From Saprolegnia diclina VS20 (taxonomy: Eukaryota), in the NCBI RefSeq assembly GCF_000281045.1, contig NW_008246101.1, forward strand, positions 56,784-96,866: a DNA stretch of 40,083 nucleotides, read 5' to 3'. The translations under genes and the position numbers were made by a program. The notes beneath the pieces are model-generated. The model saw only the letters and a program-made list of their open reading frames with translations. It had not been told where the DNA came from and ran no database searches. Every line of letters starts with the position of its first letter. Position 1 is the stretch's first letter. Below are positions 31,830 to 40,083 of this stretch, in pieces.

Positions 31830-32572
31830 GTACCAATACTTCGCTTAGAGAGTCCCTTGACCAATGCCCACGCTTGCAAATCCTTTGTATGTTGATATTG
31901 TCGGAGGAAATAGCAAACGCCGCAGACCCGCAGAACCTCGACGCACCGAGTGCGATTGTAGTCCAGGTGTGAGCCCGAGCTCCTCAACGACACCTACTGT
32001 GAGACGTAAACCCCTGGCCTTCGAGCCATTGAAAGCACCGCTCCCCTTGAACTGAGCCTTCAGCTCCTTGAGTTCGACGTCGAGTAGATGGACCATCGAT
32101 GGCCACTTTCGCTCGGCCTCGATCTTGGCCATGACCGCTTTTGCCGCTACATAACTCGCACCAGCTTCCTCGAACTCGTCGTCGTAATCCTCTAGCGTAG
32201 TCAATCGGGGTCAATACCTAAGGACAACGGCGAGCCATGGCACCGTACTGCGTGTGCCATGGTCGACGTCTCTGTCATCGACCTTGTCTTCGAGTTCATC
32301 GTCGGGATCAAGGGACAAGGAGACTTCCGTGGGCGGGAGCGAGACAGAAGACTCGACGTCCTGTAGCACCTCGTAAGCATCAGAGCGCTTGGACACAGAG
32401 GTACTGGCGCCTGGTTTGGCTCTCGTTGAGGCGCCTTGCTTGTCGACGTCTCGCCCGGCGCAGCCTTATCATCCGCGCTGGTCGCCCTGAACCGCTCCAC
32501 CGACTTCCTCGGTGGTCTGGCCTTGGCCACGGCATCGGTCGCGTCCTCCGTCCGTTGCTTCCTCTTCGCCAT
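31830..32572 (-). mobile_element. Decayed tyrosine-recombinase (Crypton-like) element or pseudogene; boundaries uncertain
   Basis: The minus strand reads LGLTPGLQSHSVRRGSA. Removing an 8-nt near-duplication (31921-31928) continues it as AFAISSDNINIQRICKRGHWSRDSLSEVL, i.e. the HxxR...RGxW catalytic box. Upstream fragments (32572-32000) contain stops or frame breaks. Confidence 0.65.
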
Positions 32573-33162
32573 TGCTATTTTGGTCTGAGATCTTTCGAAA
32601 GATCACGGTGGCTCCTCATAAGATCGATCTGTCAGGTGACAAAACGGACAGGGGCGCCAGTAGGCGCCGTTTCTGTCACGAGCGTTTTTAATCCGAGTAA
32701 TTGCTTATTCATACAAACATCAAATGATTATTATTCACACACACCGCAATATGACAAGATATGACAAGAAACTTTGGAGATCCGAGCCGTCGAAACGCCT
32801 AAAGTCCGTTTTCGAACTTTAAAAGAGAGGCATACGCATTTTTAGATTGAAAGCGTACTTAATAGAACATTCTTAGTAGCTGGCCAATCAGGTGCACGTA
32901 TTTCTAAGCCAATCATATACGTCTGTCACAGGGGCAATTAGACTACTGTATCCGTTCTCTGGGGAGACGCTGCCTAATACCTGACCGCCTAGGACCAGGC
33001 GCTCTCATAGCTGTCGACCTAGGTTCAGTTTCGTGCTGCAGCGCGGTATCACGGGATAGAGCGGTGTGTCCAACGCGGTGATCAATTGCTACCGAAACAC
33101 AGCAACCGTTTATAGAGAAAACACGACATTAGTACATAAGGGGCAGCGAGACGCTAGTCAAT

Positions 33163-34893
33163 TTACTTCTTGACGATGCACGTGCCGTTCTTGCGGCCCT
33201 TGCCGCCAGCGACGCGGAGGCACTTGGTCGACGGGTACACGGACAAAAAGTTGGTCGTCACCGAGAACGTGAGCGCGAGGAAGAAGATAATGACCAAGAG
33301 CGCGCCCGCGAGCTTGCTTGTCTGGCCACGCTTCTTGAGCGCCTGCATGGCTTCCTTCTGCGGCGGGAGGAGGAAGAGCCAGCCAAGCGCCGCAAGCTTG
33401 CACGCATACGAGATGAAGTAGCAGTACGTGACCTCCCAGCGGACATGGTTGTCATCAACCGCCATCTGGTCCATGGACACGTCAAAGTACGAGTCGATGA
33501 GCTTGTAGATCACCGACGCGAACGGCGACGCCAAGTTGGAGATCGTCGACACAAGGCCGTAGGTGGCGCCCTCGTTACCGACGTCAGCAATCTCGACAGC
33601 GCAGTACGTGGCGACGATGAAGCGGATACCGGCGGGGACATTGTCGGCAAGCGGGACGCCCGTGAAGAACCACTGGTTGCGGAAAACATCCCAGATCGTG
33701 ACAAAAATGACAATGCCGTCGATAAGGATGATACCGACCGTGCCGAGAGCGATGACCCAGCGCCAGTTCCAGTGGAGACCCCACTTGCCGACAGCCGCCA
33801 TGACAAGCGTCATGATGAGGTAGCTCAAGACACCCGAGAGCGCATCGTTGAGCGGCTCGACTTCAGCCCAGACCGAAGCCATCGGACTGCCCGGGGTGGC
33901 GCTGATACCGGCAAAGACCTGGTTGATGAACTTGAAGGCGCAGATCTGCCACATGACGCGCTTCTGGAGAAGACCCCAGAAGTTGGAGATGTAGGCACCG
34001 AACGGCGTGCGCTCGGTCTTGACTTCAACGAGAAGGAAGAGCGTGCTGAACATGATGAGAGCACACGGCACGAGGCAAATGGCGTAAATGACGTTGGGCG
34101 ACACCGAGTAGCTGAACGAGCCGCCGTACTCAGCGCCGTTGAGAAGAAAGGCAATGCACACCTGGGCGACCGTCGAGCCAATGTAGCGGAGCGTGTAGAT
34201 GGCGGTCTGGGTGCGGCCGCGAATGGCCACGGGCTCACGCTGGGCGTACTGGACGACCATGGCGTCGGCGGCGCAGTCGGCCATGACGTAGCCAAAGCTG
34301 ACAATGACCGAGAGCATGACAAACTTGCCACCCTGGTCCGGCGCGTCAAAGTTGTACCACTGCTTGAGGGCCGCCGTCATGTTGGCGCCGGTCGGCACCT
34401 TCTTCGGGCAGGGGATCTTGCGCGCATCGCAGTACGGGTCCGGGAACGACGAGAACGTCATGACGCAGAGGCAGATCGTGGCGATCATCCAGCCGATGAG
34501 CATCCACGGCTTGCGGCGGTAACCCATGATCGGGACGCAGTCCGAGAGCATACCAAAGAAGACCTTGAACGACCAGCCGAGCACGACGAGGACACCGTAG
34601 GCCGACACTTGGTAGCCTTCCATCTTCAAGTAGTTCTGGAACACCGAGTACTGCATGCCGGGCAACATGCCGTAGAGGATACCGATGGCAAAGTACTGCG
34701 AGAAGAGCGCGAGGGCCTCACGAGAGACGAGCGAGAGCGCACCACCAGCAACGAGTGCGCCGTCTTCGAGCTCACCGGGCGTCTTGGCGTCAGTGTAGTC
34801 ACCATCGGCATCCTTGTCCTTGGTCGCGGACTGGATGTAGGAGACGCGCTCCTGGAGGTCCATTTGTCCGAGCTCTTTTTGAGTCGTGGCCAT
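33163..34893 (-). CDS. Folate-biopterin transporter (FBT/BT1, MFS), intronless, 576 aa
   Basis: WSFKVFFGMLSDCVPIMGYRRKPWMLIGW, ADAMVVQYAQREPVAIRGRTQT and EIADVGNEGATYGLVSTISNL; about 12 TM segments; strong codon bias. Confidence 0.93.
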   Translation of the reverse strand: MATTQKELGQMDLQERVSYIQSATKDKDADGDYTDAKTPGELEDGALVAGGALSLVSREALALFSQYFAIGILYGMLPGMQYSVFQNYLKMEGYQVSAYGVLVVLGWSFKVFFGMLSDCVPIMGYRRKPWMLIGWMIATICLCVMTFSSFPDPYCDARKIPCPKKVPTGANMTAALKQWYNFDAPDQGGKFVMLSVIVSFGYVMADCAADAMVVQYAQREPVAIRGRTQTAIYTLRYIGSTVAQVCIAFLLNGAEYGGSFSYSVSPNVIYAICLVPCALIMFSTLFLLVEVKTERTPFGAYISNFWGLLQKRVMWQICAFKFINQVFAGISATPGSPMASVWAEVEPLNDALSGVLSYLIMTLVMAAVGKWGLHWNWRWVIALGTVGIILIDGIVIFVTIWDVFRNQWFFTGVPLADNVPAGIRFIVATYCAVEIADVGNEGATYGLVSTISNLASPFASVIYKLIDSYFDVSMDQMAVDDNHVRWEVTYCYFISYACKLAALGWLFLLPPQKEAMQALKKRGQTSKLAGALLVIIFFLALTFSVTTNFLSVYPSTKCLRVAGGKGRKNGTCIVKK

Positions 34894-36796
34894 CTTGTTG
34901 GTCTTGGAGGCAAATCAAAAAGTGAGAAGGCGAATCGAGCACGAAATTAACTTAGATTGAAGTTCACCTTCCGCAGAAAGGACCTGGAACTTCGTAATCG
35001 TCACCCTTTCTAAGTGGACGCCGAGTGCAACGTCAGCCGCTCGTTTCACGAAGCCCAACGCGACAGCTGGTGGATCACTACTTGGATGACACTACGAAGT
35101 GCTACGCCGGCGGCAACCGATGTCGTCAGTGCATTTCGAGCCTGGGATGTGCGTCATGTACTGGAATGCGCCAGAAGCAAGTAGATCGGCATGCAAAACT
35201 ACGATCCGTACTGTCGTGTGTGGGCACGCGGATAGACGCGGGGCAGGAGGTGCTTTTTCAGTTGACCAGACGACATCTGGTGCCGCCGTTCGCAAAAACT
35301 AACGCAACCATGGGGTTTTTCTATCACAGTGTGGTAATGATTCGAATGGTTGTGTTAGTTTTCAGATCCGTAAACATCTGCAATACACGGAGGAATGCCA
35401 TTAGAGCCAGAATGGGAGTCCTCGAGCTCCTTCACGGACATGTATCTCCAGTAAAAGCCTTCGCCTCACGTGGCACTGGGGCTTCGCGTCAGGCATTTCT
35501 CCCCAGCCGACGAGGTAAAATTGGCTCGTACCGCTTGTGAGAGATCGTGTCGTCGCACGATACGTCGAGCGTACCGTAAACCAAAGCGATGCCAAAACAG
35601 CTCGTCTGAGTGTGGAGCCGTGCCACGTTGGTACTACGGTCGCAAGGTCACTTGTTGAAGTGCTGAATCAGAAGCTCGAAACTCAGAAAACACCGCGCAT
35701 GCAAGGTGGCCCTAGCATAAGCGCATAGTGAACGCAAGTCTATTTTTCAACGCCACCTAGCGACTACAAAAACCGACTTGTTTTCTTCTTGGGCCGGGTC
35801 CGATCCGTGGTTTTCAGGCTTATGCGAGGACGGAGCTTTCGTCGTGGCCATGGCACGCGGTCGAGCCGAGCCTAAGTTATAACACAAGCGTCAACATCGT
35901 CATCACCTCATGATCATCGCCGCCGACGTTAGCAACGACGACGCCATGGAGGGATCGGCATTACTTGTTTGTCATGACGCTTTGTTATCGGTGTTGGTGA
36001 CGCGGGTTGACTCCCAGTACAGTGCATGGGATGAGAGAAGTGTGCGGGGTAGCCCGTTTAGCGAGTCAACCTCAGCCTCAAGGACGGTTGAGGTAGCGAA
36101 ACGTTTGCACTTCGATTGCGACCGCTAGTGCTTTCTCGTTTGTTTCTTCCCTCTCGACTTACCTCATATGCACGCTCGGCGATAGATCGATGAAGTTCAA
36201 CTCGTGTTTGCACCTAGAGTCCAGCAAGTTTCTCCTCTGATGGGGTGTCCAAGATGCGCGGGTTGACTCCGTGCTTGTAGCTCCGTGCAACTAACAACTA
36301 TGTCCAAACCGGCCAACTGACAACTATGGTGCGGTCCAAACCGACGCCTCAACCGGCCGCATCCGAGTCCACCCGCAAAGGCCGTCAGCCGTTAGAAACC
36401 ACGGAGCGGACGTTCAAGGTCCGACGCACCAAACGCTGCTTGTGCCCATTTCAACACCATAAATCGATGTGTGTTTCTTGTGTCTGCCCGGCTCTGTGTG
36501 GTAGAATGGTGCGGGTCTATGGCGGCAGTCCCTAAAGACGGCTGCTCCAATTCGTTCTGTCGGGTCCCTTGTAGCCGGTGATTGGGAACACCGCCTTCTT
36601 CGGACGCGAGCCCCCCCTTGACCTTTTAGCACAGCTTGCATTGATGCCATTCAAAAGTACTGCAGTACTCGAACGCGGCCAATTTGCACTGGACCCAAAC
36701 CTGGCCCAAAATAGTTGAAAATGCTTCTACGTATTTAGCTCGCACGTCTTTGAATAGATATCGGTTGAGCAGCCATTGCGCGTTTTTTGCCAGGGA

Positions 36797-39700
36797 ATGG
36801 ACAACGTCGAGGTCGGCGCCAAGGCCAAGAAGGCCGAGGTCCTGCCCGTCTGCGTGCGGCGCGCGTCCTTTGCCGCCTTGCCCGAAATACCTGCGATCAA
36901 CGGCACAATCCCGCGCGTGCGCACCGACATGAACTTCAAGGGGCTCCAAGACCCGTACTCGGCGTGCCACTCAGTGCTCACGAGCTCGCTCAACGCTGCG
37001 AGCATCGACACGATGCTGAGCGGCGGCCTCAAAAAGTTTTTTGAAAAGTACAACAAGCTCGCCGAGACGACCAACTTGCAGCTCCAGACGCCCGAAATTC
37101 GGTTCACGAACCTCGCGTTCTCGGCGCAGTCGAGTGCCAACTCGCTTGCGTCTGGCACGGTTGGCAGCTACCTCCGGCAGCTCTTCTTCCCATTCTGCTG
37201 CAAGCCGCCAAGCGTCGAGAAGACAGTGCTGCACCCGATGTCGGGCGTCATTCCACCGGGCAGCATGACCTTGGTACGATCTTATACGGTATCGGAAACT
37301 ACCTTCTGATGGCGTTGCATAGCTGCTGGCGAGTCCGGGCTCGGGCAAGACTTCGTTCCTCAAGGCGCTCGCCAACAAACTCCCAACCAAAAACACAAAC
37401 ATCGGCGGCAGCGTGACCTACAGCGGCCTGACGTGCGACCAGATCGACCTCCGCAAGCTCCTTGGGCTCGTCGACCAGCGCGACAACCACATCGCGACCA
37501 TGACGGTGCGCGAGACACTCAAGTTTGCGGACCTTTGCCTCAACGGCCGCCCAAAAAAGAAGTCGGGGTCGCAGTCTCCGACCAAGGCCGAGGAAAAAAT
37601 GGCCGACGTGGCGAATCTGCGCACGGACCTCTACCTGCACATCCTCGGTCTCTCCAACTGCGCCGACACGGTAGGTCCTGCGATATGCGCTCGTCGTTTC
37701 AGTGAACTCGATTCTGTAGATCGTCGGCGACGACATGCTGCGGGGTGTGAGCGGCGGGGAGCGCAAGCGCGTGACTGTGGGTGAGATGCTCGTCGGCGGG
37801 CAAAGCATTTTCCTCTGCGACGAGATCAGCACGGGCCTCGACTCGGCGGCCACCTTTGACATTGTCAACGCACTCAGAACGTGGACCAAGTCATTGGGCG
37901 GCAGCTGCATTGTGGCCCTGCTGCAGCCACCCCCCGAGGTCGTCGAGCTTTTTGACGACATCTTGATGCTCTCGGACGGACACCTGGTACGGTCCACCCA
38001 TATCATTCATTTGATCCAGATACCAGATACCATCTGGCGTCGACATCTGGCACAACATCACATCTGATGACGACATGTGGTAGGTGTACCACGGTCCGCG
38101 GACGTCGACAATGCCGTACTTTCAGTCGCTCGGGTTTGTGTGCCCAGCGCGCACCGACCCGTCCATCTTCATGCTGGAAGTCGTCGCGGGCAGCGGTACC
38201 AAGTACTTCAACCCTGGTATCAACTTGATACTTCAAAAAATAAAAACAAATGATTTTTATACTAGAGCACCCGACACCGGCGCCGACGACGTCCGAGGCG
38301 TTCGGGGAGGCGTTCGCAGCGTCGCCGATGCACGCGGCGGTGCGCATGTGGCTCAAGAACAGCAGCCTGCAGTACGACGTGACGAGCGTCAAGCGCCTCG
38401 CGTTTCTAGCGCGCCGAACGACGCGGTTTAGCCTCGCGTTCTGGGACAGCACCAAGCTGCTCATGGCGCGCCAAGTGGTCTTTTGGATCCGCGACAAGGA
38501 GCTGCTCTACGGCAAGTTTATCGAGTCGTGCGTCGAGGGCTTGCTCCTCGGCATCATCTACCTCAACTGCGACGCGTCCTTGTATCTGCGCATGCTTTTC
38601 TTCACGATTGCCATTTTTCTGGTAGTTTTCATGTTTCAATTTTCATTTTTATTTTTCATTTTTCATTGTTCCATCCGTTCTGATCTGAGGTTGTAGCGCC
38701 ACGCGTGGCAGCGCATTACGATCTCGCTCGCCGTGCGCAACGTGTTTTACAAGCAGCGGTCGCGCAATTTCTTCCGAACGTCGTCGTATGCGATCGCCGA
38801 GGCCGTCGTCCAGATCCCCATCAACCTCGTCGTCGCGGTCGTCCTCGGCACCATCTTTTACTTTATGAGCGGCCTGGCGCACGAGACGTCCGTGTACTTC
38901 ACGTACCTCGCGATCCTCGTGATCTTCCAGCACGTCATTGCGGCGTACTTCACGCTCCTGAGCTCGATCGCGCCGACGATCTCCATTGCGCAGTCGTTCG
39001 CCGCCTGCTCGATAGTGTTTTTCGTTCTTTTTTCGGGCAACATTGTGCTCTACGATCTCATTCCAACTTATTGGCGCTGGATGTACTGGTGCAACCCGCT
39101 CACGTGGGCGCTCCGCTCCATCATGCTCAACGAGTACAGCAGCACACGCTACTCGCCGGACGAACGCGCTGACAACCTCGACATGTTTGAGATCCACCAA
39201 GACAACGCGTACATTGGGTACGGCCTCCTCCTTCTCTTTGGCTACTACCTGTTTTTTACGACGCTGAACGCCCTCGCGCTGCACTTTATTCGGTTTGATA
39301 CGCAAGTGCGCGGGACGGCGCCCCCCATGGTGCCCAAAGCCGGCTCGGCGACCGCGCTCACGATCGACACCACGCCGACGCAGCTCCCGTTCTATCCCGC
39401 GCGCATTGCCGTCCGCGACTTGGACTACTTTGTGAAGATGCCGTCGGGCGACGAGCGACAGCTACTGCAGCACATCACGGCGTCGTTTGAGCCGGGCACG
39501 ATGACCGCGCTCATGGGGTCGTCCGGCGCGGGCAAGACGACCTTCATGGATGTTCTCGCGGGTCGCAAGACTGGTGGCCGCATCGCCGGCGACGTCTTCA
39601 TCAACGGCGAGCCAAAGAACCCCGCGACCTTTAGCTGCATCGCCAGCTACTGCGAGCAGATGGACATCCACTCGGAGAAGTCGACGATCCGCGAGGCGCT

Positions 39701-40083
39701 CGAGTTTTCAGCGTTTCTGCGGCTGCCGCAGACGTTCGAGTTGGATGCCAAGCTCAGCTTGGTGCGCGAGACATTGACGCTCCTCGAGCTCGACAAGATC
39801 GCCCACGAACGCGTTCTGAACCTCAGCGTCGAACAGAAGAAGCGCGTCACGATCGGTGTCGAGGTCGTCGCCAACCCGAGCATCTTGTTTTTGGACGAAC
39901 CTACCTCGGGGTTGGACGCTCGCTCAGCGCAGTTTGTCATGCGCGGTGTCCAGTCGATCGCACGCACGGGCCGCACGGTCATTTGCACGATCCATCAGCC
40001 CAGTATCCAGATCTTCGAGCTCTTTGACTCGCTTCTCTTGCTGCAAAAAGGAGGTCGCATCGCGTTCTACGGCGAGCTCGGCG
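36797..40083 (+). CDS. Full-size ABCG/PDR-type ABC transporter (NBD-TMD-NBD...), 3'-truncated by the window end
   Basis: NBD1 ASPGSGKTS, GVSGGERKRVT, CDEISTGLDSAAT; TMD1; NBD2 LMGSSGAGKTT, LSVEQKKRVTIGVE, LFLDEPTSGLDARSA, CTIHQPS. Introns about 37274-37322, 37671-37719, 37987-38083, 38217-38265 and 38622-38696. Confidence 0.95.

Noticed and set aside
33445..34950. 501-aa + strand ORF antisense to the FBT gene (likewise 5299-6000, 10920-11867, 13246-14112 and 38649-39305)
   Set aside because: Shadow ORFs expected from strong GC3 codon bias on the coding strand; no motifs and implausible composition.
1..40083. tRNA, rRNA or other structured RNA genes; prokaryotic operon-type systems
   Set aside because: No cloverleaf or rRNA-like segments were recognised by eye and the genes are intron-containing eukaryotic ones. 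A tRNAscan-SE/Infernal run would be needed to exclude small ncRNAs.

Overview
Gene-dense eukaryotic DNA. It is GC-rich, has very short (~43-55 nt) GT-AG introns that are often GTACG...TAG, and carries oomycete-type Inr/FPR and CCAAT promoter motifs, so it is most consistent with an oomycete of the Saprolegniales (Saprolegnia-like; inference). About 23 protein genes can be reconstructed by manual splicing: choline-phosphate cytidylyltransferase, B9D1, Nup50-like nucleoporin, a small EF-hand protein, a CAMK-group kinase, three secreted or membrane proteins, two tandem C2H2 zinc-finger genes, HIS1, a 4-TM protein, MRPL49, a compact ARID1-like protein, a bacterial-type Tam methyltransferase, an adenylate kinase-PH fusion, two folate-biopterin transporters (one spanning a 120-N gap), a DHHC palmitoyltransferase and a PDR/ABCG transporter that runs off the window end. 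Highlights: (1) two small genes about 4 kb apart that resemble the kinetochore DASH/Dam1 subunits Duo1 and Dad2; (2) a tandem zinc-finger pair sharing a C-terminal 'half-SET'-like motif, hidden in one gene behind a frameshift; (3) the adenylate kinase-PH fusion; (4) a decayed Crypton-like tyrosine-recombinase element next to a minisatellite and palindromes; (5) a CCAAT array phased at about 30 bp. No RNA genes or CRISPR arrays were seen. All family calls are by-eye motif recognition, not database searches.
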